Notes: generated by a model not told the origin, from the sequence alone. Counted from the first letter of the stretch, positions 1 through 10,033 are shown. The stretch: DNA of 43,816 nucleotides from Ghiorsea sp. (GCA_027019685.1 JALUWH010000201.1:1-43816), one strand, 5' to 3'. Program-made: numbers and translations.

Positions 1-325
1 TAAAATCTTGGGCAGACATGGATGCCAAAGCTTGATTAAAATGAAGTAAAAGAACGGCATCCACACCTGCACTTTTTAAATCTTCCAAACGCTCATGCAA
101 ATGCGATAAACGCCGTGGAGCTTCTTCAGGAAACAAAAATGCTCGTGGGTGTGGCTCAAAGGTAATCACCACCGATTTTGCATCATCTAATGCAGTAGCA
201 TGACCATTTAGTTCCGCCAACACTTGTTGGTGCCCCATGTGTACACCATCAAAATTGCCAATGGTTATAGTACAACCGTTTAAGCCTGCTTTTTTTGCAG
301 CATCAAATGAACGTAAAACTTGCAT
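1..325 (-). CDS. ribF: Bifunctional riboflavin kinase/FAD synthetase, N-terminal part (runs off the left edge)
   Basis: Read manually from ATG at 325: MQVLRSFDAAKKAGLNGCTITIGNFDGVHMGHQQ..., with the GNFDGVHxGH nucleotidyltransferase motif and a later TFEPHP motif. Not in the ORF track because it is truncated. Confidence 0.93.
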   Translation of the reverse strand, partial: MQVLRSFDAAKKAGLNGCTITIGNFDGVHMGHQQVLAELNGHATALDDAKSVVITFEPHPRAFLFPEEAPRRLSHLHERLEDLKSAGVDAVLLLHFNQALASMSAQDF

Positions 326-407
326 AGGCTGAAACATAAGAACACAGCCATCCTATGTCGAGCAAACAATCTAGACCTTGAAAGATTATATGACTTAACC
401 TATATAG

Positions 408-443
408 ATTAGAACTTGCTAATATATTAAACTACATTATACT
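408..443 (+). promoter_or_regulatory. Putative sigma70 promoter of the efflux operon with an overlapping inverted-repeat operator
   Basis: TTGCTA (416-421), 16 bp spacer, TATACT (438-443); ATTAG-aacttg-CTAAT inverted repeat at 408-423 covers the -35; AAGGAG RBS before ATG 473. Confidence 0.45.
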
Positions 444-472
444 TCGCCATCCAATTTTAAAGGTAAAAGGAG

Positions 473-1831
473 ATGTTAAACGTGTCTTTCTCATCCATAA
501 CCCAACGCCTGACATGGTTTGCACTCATATGTGTCTCACCAATCATTGGCCATGCAGCCGATACATTATCGCTCAAAGATAGTGTTTCTTTTGCACTTGA
601 ACATAATCGTATGTTGTCTGTTGCTAAAGCACAAGTGCAAGCTGCTGAAGCACAAGCTGATACTGCCACAGGGCAACTTATGCCACGTTTAGACCTTTCC
701 ACAGGTTTATTTCGCACCAATTCACCACTCAATACCTTTGGCACCAAACTACAGCAACAAGGTGTAACGATTGCCGATTTTGATCCTGCTTTATTAAACA
801 ACCCTGCTTATATTAATAACTATCTAACCCGCCTTAACTTAACCATGCCCTTGTTTGCTGGTGGTGCAAATTGGGCTGCACGGGCAGCTGCTAAATCTCA
901 AGCCCAAGCATCCACATACCAATTTGACTTCCGCAAACAGCAAATGATTTATCAAACGATTGCTGCTTATGTACAAACCCGCCAAGCCTTGGCACAAGTT
1001 GAAGCACAGCAACATGCTGTACGCGCTGCCAAAAACCGTTGGCATGATGCCCAAGCCTTGAAAAAACGTGGCATTGCCATCGAAAGTGATGTCATGGATG
1101 CGCATGTTTATGTGTTACGCAATCAAGTTGCGCTTGCTCAAGCCAAAGCACAATATCAAGATAGCCTTGAAAATCTGCACTTGGTCTTAGGCATGAAAAA
1201 TACGAAACAAGCACCCATCTTAGCAGAACCTGTCATTCAATTTCAGGCTGAAAGTGTTGAAGTACTCTTGGCACAAGCTTATACCAACCGTGCTGACTTA
1301 TTGGCATTGCAAAGTAGTGTTGAAGCCGCCACTGCAGGCAAACGCCAAGCCCAAGCAGGTTATTATCCGCATATCAATTTAATCGCCGCCAAAGAGTGGA
1401 ATAGCGACACCTTTGGTTTAAAAAATGATAATACAACCGTAGGCATTAACTTAACCATGAATCTTTTTGCAGGCGGTTCCAACAGTGCACAAACACGTGC
1501 CGCAGAGTCCAAACGTATTATGGCAAGTTTACAGTTGGAAGATAAACGTCAACAAATTGCCAATGAAGTACGTCAAGCATGGCGTGGGCTGCACATTGCT
1601 GAACAACGCTTACAGAGCGAAACAGAAGCTCTGAACCAAACTTTGGAGTCGTTACGCATTAAATCCTTGCGTCAAAAGCAAGGTTTAGAGAAAACATCTG
1701 ACTTGCTCGATGCTCAAGCTCGTGCTGATGCATCTAAAGTCGCACAAATTCAAGCCAAATATGATTATATGATTGCAAAAGCCGCCTTATTGCTAGCAGC
1801 GGGCACATTACATGAAGGGGTAGTTCAATGA
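473..1831 (+). CDS. TolC-family outer membrane efflux protein
   Basis: Signal peptide, two OEP-like helical/beta repeats (LMPRLDL, YYPHINL), first gene of a tripartite operon. Confidence 0.92.
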   Translation: MLNVSFSSITQRLTWFALICVSPIIGHAADTLSLKDSVSFALEHNRMLSVAKAQVQAAEAQADTATGQLMPRLDLSTGLFRTNSPLNTFGTKLQQQGVTIADFDPALLNNPAYINNYLTRLNLTMPLFAGGANWAARAAAKSQAQASTYQFDFRKQQMIYQTIAAYVQTRQALAQVEAQQHAVRAAKNRWHDAQALKKRGIAIESDVMDAHVYVLRNQVALAQAKAQYQDSLENLHLVLGMKNTKQAPILAEPVIQFQAESVEVLLAQAYTNRADLLALQSSVEAATAGKRQAQAGYYPHINLIAAKEWNSDTFGLKNDNTTVGINLTMNLFAGGSNSAQTRAAESKRIMASLQLEDKRQQIANEVRQAWRGLHIAEQRLQSETEALNQTLESLRIKSLRQKQGLEKTSDLLDAQARADASKVAQIQAKYDYMIAKAALLLAAGTLHEGVVQ

Positions 1832-2865
1832 ACAACATCAAACAAAAATTAACATACATCACTTTAATTGCAGCCGTGACCAGTCTTGTCGCTTGCTCAG
1901 ATGAATCTGCACAAGTCACTACAAACTACCCTACGGCAACAGCACAAACCATGACCGTACACCAACAAGCTGTACCCGCATATTATACCACCAGTGGTAC
2001 GGTAACTTCTGACCATCGTGTATCTATTAGCTCACGTTTATCGGGTTATATCCGTGAATTAACGGTACGTGAAGGCGATCAAGTCAAAGCTGGGCAAATT
2101 TTGGTGCGTGTTGACCCTGTTGATGCCAAACAAGCTTTGATTCAAGCCAAAGCAGATTTAGCAGATGCAGAAGCCGACTTAAATCGTTATAAGGAACTGT
2201 TTAAATCGGGTGCTGTATCCAAACAGCAGTTATCCAAGATTGAACTGCGTTATACCGTTGCCAAATCCCAAGTGAAGCAAGCCAGCAACCAATTAAGTTA
2301 TGCTGAGGTACGCTCACCTGTTGCTGGTGTAGTGGTAGAAAAACGCCTTAGCCAAGGTGATTTAGCAGCTCCTGGCATGCCGATTCTAACCATTGAAGAC
2401 CCAGCAAGCCTATTGGTAGAAACCTATGTATCTGAAGGTTTTATCAGTAAAATTCATGAAAATGCGATTGTGGATGTCACCATTCCATCATTACACCAAA
2501 CTTTTGAAGGTACTGTGCGCCAAGTGGTGCAAGCTGCCGACCCTGTTTCACACCAATTCTTGGTAAAAGTAGCTCTTAAAGCTTCTGCAGATATTCATCC
2601 AGGTATGTTTGCTCAAGCTGGTTTCCGTGTGGGTGAACGTCAGGCCATTCTCGTGCCACAGTCCACATTAAAAACACACTCAGGTTTACATGCGGTATAT
2701 GTGCTTGATGCCCATGGTATCAGCCAATATCGCCTTGTTCGACTTGGACAAACATTGGGTGATAAAGTTGAAATTGTTGCCGGTTTACATGATGGCGACA
2801 CCATTGTTTGGGGTAACCCAAACATTAAAACTGGTATGAAAATCCAAGCTGAAAACGGTAAATAA
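1828..2865 (+). CDS. RND efflux periplasmic adaptor (membrane fusion protein), lipoprotein
   Basis: Lipobox LVAC; lipoyl-half motifs (SGYIRELTVREGDQVKAGQIL, VRSPVAGVV); PGMF motif; ATGA overlap with the tolC-like gene. Confidence 0.93.
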   Translation: MNNIKQKLTYITLIAAVTSLVACSDESAQVTTNYPTATAQTMTVHQQAVPAYYTTSGTVTSDHRVSISSRLSGYIRELTVREGDQVKAGQILVRVDPVDAKQALIQAKADLADAEADLNRYKELFKSGAVSKQQLSKIELRYTVAKSQVKQASNQLSYAEVRSPVAGVVVEKRLSQGDLAAPGMPILTIEDPASLLVETYVSEGFISKIHENAIVDVTIPSLHQTFEGTVRQVVQAADPVSHQFLVKVALKASADIHPGMFAQAGFRVGERQAILVPQSTLKTHSGLHAVYVLDAHGISQYRLVRLGQTLGDKVEIVAGLHDGDTIVWGNPNIKTGMKIQAENGK

Positions 2866-2867
2866 CC

Positions 2868-5800
2868 ATGGCTGAACAAGAAAATAAAACTCAAGAACCC
2901 TTAAATATCGCAGGTAAGCTGGGTTTGGTGTCAATGAAGACCAATTTGACCCCTATTATCAGCATTTTGATTCTATTGATTGGTGTTTTTGCGCTATTTA
3001 TTACACCGCGTGAAGAAAACCCACAAATTGATGTGCCTGCTGCTAATGTGATTATTCAAATGAATGGTGCAAGCCCAGAGGAAGTGCAAAACCTTATTGT
3101 ACACCCTATGGAAATGGTGTTGCGCGAAATGAGTGGTGTTGACCATACCTATGGTACAGCCATGGGTAATGTTGGCGTTGTCACCGTGGTGTTTGAAGTG
3201 GGTGCCGATACAGAAATAAGCATGGTTAAGTTGTATGACCGTATCATGCAAAACCTAGACCGTATTCCGCCTGGTGCATCCCAACCCTTGGTTAAACCCA
3301 TGGATGTAAACGAAGTACCTGCAGCAGTGATTACACTTTCATCCAGCGAACTTGATGGGTTAAGCTTAAAACGCCTTGCAGAACGCGTACGTGAACAGCT
3401 AGCGCCGCTAGAAGGTGTATCTGTTGCTGATATTATTGGTGGTCGTGACCATGAGGTACGTATTGAAATCGATCCTGCCAAAATGGCTGGCTATAAAATT
3501 ACCTTAGACCAACTGCATAATGTATTGATGAGTGCCAACACAGGTGGCCCTGTAGGTGAACTTGTTGGCAACAACCGCGTAAGCAAAGTTTGGTTATCGG
3601 GTTATTTGGAAAATGCACAAGAAGTCGGCGCATTAATCGTGGGTAGCCATGGTGGCAAGCCTGTTTACCTTCGTGATATAGCAACCATTGTGGATGGCCC
3701 TGCCGAAGTAACACAATTGCATCGTATTGCTTATGGCCCTTCTGCTGAGCATGGTGCACAAACAGGTTCAGAGCCTGAAATGAATGCAATTTCAATTACA
3801 CTGGCAAAACAACGTGGTACCAATGCTGTATTTGTTACACAACGTATCGTTGATAAACTGGAAACACTTAAAGGTGACTTTATTCCAAGTAATGTGCGTG
3901 TCGATATTACCCGTGATTCGGGTGAAAAAGCCAATGCAGCGGTAAATTATCTGGTAGAACATTTGGCGATTGCCATTGGCTCCGTGATTATCATCTTATT
4001 GCTATTCTTGGGCTGGCGTGAGGCAACGATTGTTACAATGAACATTCCTTTGATTTTGTTTATTGTGCTTGCGATTGGTTTCCTAGCTGACCAAACCATC
4101 AACCGTATCACCCTATTTTCGCTTATTCTTGCGCTGGGGCTGTTGGTCGATGATGCCATTGTGGTGATTGAGAATATTCATAGGCATTTACACAAAGGTG
4201 TAAAAAATTCTGCAGAAAAAGCCAAATTGATTATCCGAGCCACCAATGAGACGGGTAAACCGACGATTGTAGCGACTATTGCTGTGATTCTTGCCTTTAT
4301 CCCTATGGGTTTTGTCACAGGTATGATGGGGCCATTTATGGCGCCCATTCCATTCAATGTTCCTTTGGCTATGGGCGCATCGTTAATTATTGCTTATGCA
4401 TTTACCCCATGGATTGCCCAGCGCTTCTTGCCCAATAAAATGGTTGAGCCAACCATGGAAGAGCAAGATGAAGACCCCAAAGATTGGGTGCATACCACAT
4501 ACATGAAGTATGCTACACCACTGGTTGAGAGCGCTAAAGTTCGCCTTATCTTCTGGATAGTTGTAGCTGCTTTATTTATTGGGGCAATGTTGCAACCTGC
4601 ATGGCAATTTATCCGCCCATCTGGCATCAATGGTCCATTAACAATGGGTGGCGTGGAATTAAAAATGTTGCCCAAAGGCAACCAAAATACTTTTAATATC
4701 ACTATTGATTTACCCGAAGGTAGTACCATGGAAGAAACAGACCGTGTTGCTAGAGAAATTGGTAACATCTTGCGCCAACATGAAATGGTGAAAGACTATG
4801 AAACTTTTGTTGGTCGTGGTGGACCTATTGATTTTAATGGTATCTTACGTGGTGCTGCACTGTTCCGCGAAGCACCACATTTGGGTGAAATTCGGGTGAA
4901 CTTACGCAATAAACATGAACGTAGCCTTCGTTCAGAAGATATTGTGTTGGAGCTACGTGAAATGTTAGCACCAGTATTTGCTGAAAACCCTTTAGCATCC
5001 ATTAAATTGGTAGAAGATCCACCAGGTCCACCAGTGCGAGCAACCTTATTGGCTGAAATTTATGGCCCTGATTATGCCAAACAAAAAGAAGTAGCAGCAG
5101 AAGTACGTAAAACATTTGCTAACACTTATGATGTTGTAGACTTAGATGACTCCATTGGTGCATCACAAACCCAGCTCAACATCAAAGTGGACAAAGAAAA
5201 AGCTGCACGTCTTGGTGTGGTTACACAGCAAGTTGAAGTAGCATTGCGAGACTTCTTATCTGGCTATAATTTTGGTGCAGTACACATTGAAGATGAGCGT
5301 CATATCGTAAATCTACATGTACAATTGCCACGCTCCATGCGGGTCAATGCTGAAAACCTAAATCAAATTTATGTCAGCTCTCCTCAAGGTCCAGTAGCAC
5401 TATCCGCGATTGCGACAGTAGAAGAAAGCACCGTAAAAAATCCTATTTTCAGTAAAGATGGACACACTGTAGTCTATGTATCTGCTGAACCAAAACAGGG
5501 TTCACAAGTCTATTCTTTGCTTGATATTGATAGTAAAATTGACGGTCAAAAGCTGGCAGGTGTTGAACTGAAAACAGGTGGTATGCGTTTTACGGACACA
5601 GCCCCTGAAGACACCTTTGGTTACCACATGCTTTGGGATGGTGAAATGCGCCTTACACTGGATGTGTTCCGTGACTTGGGTGCAGCATTCATCGTGGCTA
5701 TGGTATTAATTTACCTATTGATGGTGGCATATTATGGCCAGTTTATTCTTCCTATGTTGGTTATGGCACCAACAGCATTAACCATGATTGGTATTTTTCC

Positions 5801-6164
5801 AGGTCATGCCATCACAGGGCAGCCCTTCACAGCCACATCCATGATTGGGATGATTGCACTAGCGGGGATTGTAGTACGGAACTCAACTTTGTTGATTGAT
5901 TTCATCCTTGAATACAGAAAAGAAGGGTATGACCTCAAAACATCGGTGCTTGAAGCTGGTGCCGTACGTGCTCGCCCTATCCTGCTTACAGCCATTGCTG
6001 TAGTGGCTGGCACATCCATCATGATTACTGACCCTGTATTTGGTGGTTTGGGTGTGTCTATGGCGTTTGGTACGGTTGCAGCAACAATTCTTACGCTATT
6101 TGTAACACCATTAATGTATTATCTATGGCAACGCGGCAAACCAGACCCAGCCGTGAAAAACTGA
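2868..6164 (+). CDS. RND efflux permease (AcrB/AcrD/AcrF family)
   Basis: 1098 aa; GLLVDDAIVVIENI (TM4) and RARPILLT motifs; two large periplasmic loops. Confidence 0.95.
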   Translation: MAEQENKTQEPLNIAGKLGLVSMKTNLTPIISILILLIGVFALFITPREENPQIDVPAANVIIQMNGASPEEVQNLIVHPMEMVLREMSGVDHTYGTAMGNVGVVTVVFEVGADTEISMVKLYDRIMQNLDRIPPGASQPLVKPMDVNEVPAAVITLSSSELDGLSLKRLAERVREQLAPLEGVSVADIIGGRDHEVRIEIDPAKMAGYKITLDQLHNVLMSANTGGPVGELVGNNRVSKVWLSGYLENAQEVGALIVGSHGGKPVYLRDIATIVDGPAEVTQLHRIAYGPSAEHGAQTGSEPEMNAISITLAKQRGTNAVFVTQRIVDKLETLKGDFIPSNVRVDITRDSGEKANAAVNYLVEHLAIAIGSVIIILLLFLGWREATIVTMNIPLILFIVLAIGFLADQTINRITLFSLILALGLLVDDAIVVIENIHRHLHKGVKNSAEKAKLIIRATNETGKPTIVATIAVILAFIPMGFVTGMMGPFMAPIPFNVPLAMGASLIIAYAFTPWIAQRFLPNKMVEPTMEEQDEDPKDWVHTTYMKYATPLVESAKVRLIFWIVVAALFIGAMLQPAWQFIRPSGINGPLTMGGVELKMLPKGNQNTFNITIDLPEGSTMEETDRVAREIGNILRQHEMVKDYETFVGRGGPIDFNGILRGAALFREAPHLGEIRVNLRNKHERSLRSEDIVLELREMLAPVFAENPLASIKLVEDPPGPPVRATLLAEIYGPDYAKQKEVAAEVRKTFANTYDVVDLDDSIGASQTQLNIKVDKEKAARLGVVTQQVEVALRDFLSGYNFGAVHIEDERHIVNLHVQLPRSMRVNAENLNQIYVSSPQGPVALSAIATVEESTVKNPIFSKDGHTVVYVSAEPKQGSQVYSLLDIDSKIDGQKLAGVELKTGGMRFTDTAPEDTFGYHMLWDGEMRLTLDVFRDLGAAFIVAMVLIYLLMVAYYGQFILPMLVMAPTALTMIGIFPGHAITGQPFTATSMIGMIALAGIVVRNSTLLIDFILEYRKEGYDLKTSVLEAGAVRARPILLTAIAVVAGTSIMITDPVFGGLGVSMAFGTVAATILTLFVTPLMYYLWQRGKPDPAVKN

Positions 6165-6175
6165 TAACTCTAAAT

Positions 6176-6205
6176 AAAAACCCAGCCGTAAAACGCTGGG
6201 TTTTT
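6176..6205 (+). terminator. Intrinsic terminator after the RND operon
   Basis: AAAAACCCAGC-cgtaaaac-GCTGGGTTTTT hairpin with T tract, 12 bp after the stop. Confidence 0.8.
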
Positions 6206-6350
6206 CTGTACCTCCCTCCTACGCACTTCTACAAGCAAAAAGCCTCCCCTAACTTCCCATTAAAAACCATAATCATCATAAGTACACTTATATTTGACCT
6301 TACTCTATTTAGCATATATCTTTTTTTTATCATTTTACAGGAGAAATAAA

Positions 6351-6914
6351 ATGCGTATTTTAATATTAATGATTACTGCGATGTTTATGAGTAGTGGTAT
6401 TGCACAAGCCGATGCTGGTGCAAAGGGTGCTCTGGTTGGAGCTGGTGTTGGTGCCATGATTGGACACAATAAAGGCAATACTGCTAAGGGAGCTGTAATA
6501 GGTGCAATTGGTGGTTATGTATTAGGAAGTGCTGTTGGAGCAGCCAATGCATCAGAACGTCATGATAACCGTCGTGAAGTTGTTAAACGCGATGAACATA
6601 AGGACTCTTACAAGCATAATCAAAAAGGACAGGCTCGTGTCGTGAAGCGCTCGAAAAATCGTTGCCATGAAGCACAAGAGTTTTATAACAAAGCATTTCA
6701 AGTTCAAAGTGTAGCCAAACAAACTTACTTATTAGAAAAAGCTGCCTGGTTTTGTCCTCAAGATGCTCGTGTACATAATGACTTGGGTGTAAGTTATTAT
6801 AACCTTGGCGGAAAATTAAATAATAAGCGTGCTCGCGATCAATTTAAAATCGCTTTATACCTTCGTCCAAACTATAAAGCAGCAAAACAAAACTTACGTA
6901 GAATGAACTATTAA
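6351..6914 (+). CDS. Exported glycine-zipper protein with C-terminal TPR-like repeats
   Basis: AGGAGA RBS before ATG 6351; signal peptide ending AQA; GALVGAGVGAMIG...GAVIGAIGGYVLG glycine zipper; TPR-like HNDLGVSYY...ALYLRPNYKAAKQNL. Confidence 0.75.
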   Translation: MRILILMITAMFMSSGIAQADAGAKGALVGAGVGAMIGHNKGNTAKGAVIGAIGGYVLGSAVGAANASERHDNRREVVKRDEHKDSYKHNQKGQARVVKRSKNRCHEAQEFYNKAFQVQSVAKQTYLLEKAAWFCPQDARVHNDLGVSYYNLGGKLNNKRARDQFKIALYLRPNYKAAKQNLRRMNY

Positions 6915-6976
6915 GCCATAATATTTTATATGCGTACAACAACGCAATAAAATAGAAAGCATTCTTATATAATTAT

Positions 6977-7007
6977 AAAGCCTAGCATTTTCATGCTAGG
7001 CTTTTTT
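6977..7007. terminator. Probable bidirectional intrinsic terminator between convergent genes
   Basis: AAAGCCTAGCAT-tttc-ATGCTAGGCTTTTTT hairpin. Confidence 0.8.
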
Positions 7008-7082
7008 AATAGCTAAACTTCAAAATCAATTTTTCACCAAAGAACTACAAACATATTCATAGCCTAAGGTTTCTTCATATAA

Positions 7083-8447
7083 TTAGTCATGCGAAGCTTC
7101 TTTGAATAAGCAATCAATATTCTGATTCCACTCATTATGGTATGATTTCAACCATTTATCCGCTTGCGTTTCACCGCTTTCAACCACCTCAAATAATGGT
7201 TTAAGGTATTGCATTTCACATCTACCTTTATCATCACAAATATTGATATTTTTTAGCCCTTCTTTTGCCATATTTAACACAATTTCAGCATAAAACTGCA
7301 CATTATTATCTAGAAATGGTGTTTTTAGCGCAGTTTTTGGCACATTCTGCATCAACTCTACTACTTCTGCATGACTCCAGCCTTGCACCATATCCCAAGC
7401 CTTATTTAAGATTTTTTCATCATACAACAGTCCTTTCCACAATGCGGGCAGTGCTGAAATCCAATCCCAACCACCTGCATCTGCACCACGCACCTCAATA
7501 AACTGCTTTAAGCGTACTTCAGGGAATGTGGTGCTCACATGTAATTCCCAATCGGCATGTGTCGGATACTCACCTGGCAACATGGGCAGCTTGCCTTCTA
7601 AAAAGTCGCGAAAAGATTCGCCTGTGCAATCAATATATTCTGCATCACGCAATACAAAATACATCGGCACGTCCAAAACCCACTCTGTCCAAGCCTCAAA
7701 ACCAAAATCATCTTCAAATACACACTTGGGAATTCCTGTGCGATTAGGATCTGTGTCTAACCAACAATCGGCTCGTGTAGACAATAAACCCGATGGTTTA
7801 CCATCTTTAAATGGTGATGCGGCAAACATGGCTGTCACCATAGGTTGCAAGCAATAAGCAACCCGCATTTTTTTCGCCATATCTGCTTCGGATTCAAAAT
7901 CTAAGTTGGCTTGCGTGGTTGCCGTGCGCAACATCATATCCAAGCCTTTATTACCCACTTTAACCATGTACTCACGCATCACATTATACCGTGCTTTAGG
8001 CATCCACGGAATATCGCCACGTTTCCATTTCGGCTGAAAGCCAACTGCCAAAAAGCCAATTTCTAATTCTTTGTTAAGTTGACGCAACAAGTCAAAATGA
8101 CGACCTACCTCGTCATGCGTTTCATGTATGGTTGCCAGTGGTGCGCCTGACAATTCAAGTTGACCACCTGGCTCTAAAGTAATGGATGCCATCCCATGTT
8201 TAAGTGCAATCGGATTGCCATTTTCAAGCACAGCAAGCCATTGTTCATCATGATTCCAATCTGCCAATCGCTGTAACAAATGTTGAATACTTTTTTCACC
8301 GAAATACGGAATAGGTCGCAATGTTTGCGTACAGTACCCAACTTTTTCATGCTCTGTACCAATCTTCCAAGCTTCTCTTGGTTTATTGCCACGGCGGAAA
8401 TAATCAGCCAATTCTTCTCGATAAATGCGCGTATGTTCCAAAATCAT
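7083..8447 (-). CDS. gshA: Glutamate--cysteine ligase (alphaproteobacterial/plant type)
   Basis: KIGTEHEK, SITLEPGGQLELSGAP, MPKARY, MMLRTATTQANLD and TTFPEVRLKQFIEVRGAD motifs. Confidence 0.93.
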   Translation of the reverse strand: MILEHTRIYREELADYFRRGNKPREAWKIGTEHEKVGYCTQTLRPIPYFGEKSIQHLLQRLADWNHDEQWLAVLENGNPIALKHGMASITLEPGGQLELSGAPLATIHETHDEVGRHFDLLRQLNKELEIGFLAVGFQPKWKRGDIPWMPKARYNVMREYMVKVGNKGLDMMLRTATTQANLDFESEADMAKKMRVAYCLQPMVTAMFAASPFKDGKPSGLLSTRADCWLDTDPNRTGIPKCVFEDDFGFEAWTEWVLDVPMYFVLRDAEYIDCTGESFRDFLEGKLPMLPGEYPTHADWELHVSTTFPEVRLKQFIEVRGADAGGWDWISALPALWKGLLYDEKILNKAWDMVQGWSHAEVVELMQNVPKTALKTPFLDNNVQFYAEIVLNMAKEGLKNINICDDKGRCEMQYLKPLFEVVESGETQADKWLKSYHNEWNQNIDCLFKEASHD

Positions 8448-8484
8448 TCCCCATCATCTAGCTTGCGTATGTGGAAACATACCC

Positions 8485-8934
8485 ATGACAACAAAAAACA
8501 ACCACCCTAAAGCGGTTACGGTTAGTTTTCGCCAGTGTCTTCAAGGCACTTGGGCGGATAGAATCTTATTGTTTTCCTTATTATTGGTCATTGCATTTTT
8601 ATGGTTACAAATTTCACAGACACTCAATCAAGGCACCCCCACTGCTTACATTTATCACGGTAATACACTGTTAGCAAAATACCCCCTGCCTGATGACCAG
8701 CATATTATTCATGTCGCAGCACAAGGTGAAATAGGTATATCTGATATTGAAATATCTAAAAATGGTATTCGTTTTGATAGCTCACCATGCACCACCCACC
8801 ATTGCATACTTGCAGGCAGCAAAAGGTATGCAGGCAGTGTGATTGCCTGTGTACCCAACCATATTATGGTGGTCATTCGTGGCTCAGATAAAGAAAATAA
8901 AGAAAGCATCAAGTTTGATGCCATATCTGAGTAA
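8485..8934 (+). CDS. Membrane-anchored NusG domain II-containing protein (DUF1312-like)
   Basis: One N-terminal TM helix followed by a beta domain with SPCxxxxC...G..IACVPN motif. ATG 8485 avoids overlap with gshA. Confidence 0.75.
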   Translation: MTTKNNHPKAVTVSFRQCLQGTWADRILLFSLLLVIAFLWLQISQTLNQGTPTAYIYHGNTLLAKYPLPDDQHIIHVAAQGEIGISDIEISKNGIRFDSSPCTTHHCILAGSKRYAGSVIACVPNHIMVVIRGSDKENKESIKFDAISE

Positions 8935-8936
8935 AC

Positions 8937-9482
8937 ATGGTTAAGCAAAAAATAAACATTCCACCACGCCCACCACTTGCATTGTTGCAACAGCAAGCAG
9001 TTTGGCTTTCGTTCGTACTGTTGGCGATTGGTTTACATGTGTTTGAAGCAGCACTACCCAGTTTAGGTCCATGGTTTAAGTTTGGTGTAGCCAATATCAT
9101 GACCTTATTGGCACTGATGTATTTAGGAGCTAGGGCTGCATTCACCCTCGCCATTGCCCGCGTCATCATCGGCAGCATGTTTATCGGCACATTATTCACG
9201 CCCACCTTTTTTATCAGCCTTACTGGTGCCTTATCTGCCGCCACAGTGATGGTGATTTTTTACAAACTCATACCACGCATCAGCCTTATAAGTTTAAGTT
9301 TACTGGCTGCAATCGCCCACATGTCTGGACAATTTATAGCCGTAGAAACATGGTTTATTCAACAGCCTGCCCTGTATTACCTACTACCCCCATTACTATC
9401 CTTATCTTGCATCAGTGGTTGGATCAACGGAGCAATCGCAACATATATATGGCAAAAACTAAAAATGGAGCGCGAACAATGA
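8937..9482 (+). CDS. Gx transporter family protein (heptaprenyl diphosphate synthase component I-like membrane protein)
   Basis: EAALP..PWFKFGVANI, F.ISLTGALSA and AHMSGQ motifs; 5-6 TM helices; 2 bp after the NusG-II gene, the usual pairing. Confidence 0.8.
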   Translation: MVKQKINIPPRPPLALLQQQAVWLSFVLLAIGLHVFEAALPSLGPWFKFGVANIMTLLALMYLGARAAFTLAIARVIIGSMFIGTLFTPTFFISLTGALSAATVMVIFYKLIPRISLISLSLLAAIAHMSGQFIAVETWFIQQPALYYLLPPLLSLSCISGWINGAIATYIWQKLKMEREQ

Positions 9483-10033
9483 ACAAACCCAATATCACGC
9501 ATCAAGACATTATCACTTTCTGGTTTAAAACATTAGCGCCCAAACAATGGTTCATAAAAGATATAGCACTTGATAAACTTATTACTGAGCAGTTTCATGC
9601 CGTACACCATGCCGCCATGCTTGGTGAACTTTATATGTGGCGCGAAACACCTGAAGGCAGGCTTGCCGAAATCATTGTCTTAGACCAGTTTTCTCGCAAT
9701 ATGTTTCGTGATACACCTAAAGCTTTCGCATCGGATACACTTGCTCTAATTCTAGCCCAAGAAGCCATTCGCCAAGGCGATGACCAGCGCATTGATATTG
9801 AGCAACGCTCTTTTATGTATATGCCTTATATGCACAGTGAATCAGCTTTGATCCATGAACAAGCTGTGAAACTATTTGGTCAGCCTGGCGCTGAATACAA
9901 CTATGAATTTGAGTTGAAACATAAGGCTATTATTGACCAGTTTGGGCGTTACCCGCACCGCAACGCAATTTTGGGTCGTAAATCAACACCTAAAGAAATC
10001 GCTTTCCTTAAACAACCTGAATCTTCATTCTAG
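9479..10033 (+). CDS. DUF924 family protein
   Basis: IITFWF, IIVLDQFSRNMFRDT, FMYMPYMHSE and FGRYPHRNAILGRKST motifs; ATGA overlap at 9479. Confidence 0.88.
   Translation: MNKPNITHQDIITFWFKTLAPKQWFIKDIALDKLITEQFHAVHHAAMLGELYMWRETPEGRLAEIIVLDQFSRNMFRDTPKAFASDTLALILAQEAIRQGDDQRIDIEQRSFMYMPYMHSESALIHEQAVKLFGQPGAEYNYEFELKHKAIIDQFGRYPHRNAILGRKSTPKEIAFLKQPESSF

Noticed and set aside
457-6022. Many short antisense or alternate-frame ORFs in the track (here and across glyS, kdsD, ahcY and others)
   Set aside because: They are shadows of well-supported genes, with no RBS or family motifs.
6145-6205. 10-bp repeat ACCCAGCCGT (6145 and 6180) as a possible attenuator or antiterminator
   Set aside because: Either copy pairs with the same 3' arm before the T tract, so there is no clear switch. 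It could be a small local duplication or chance.
6125-6349. 74-aa ORF after the RND gene
   Set aside because: It runs through a terminator and promoter-like DNA, overlaps neighbours and has no recognisable motif.
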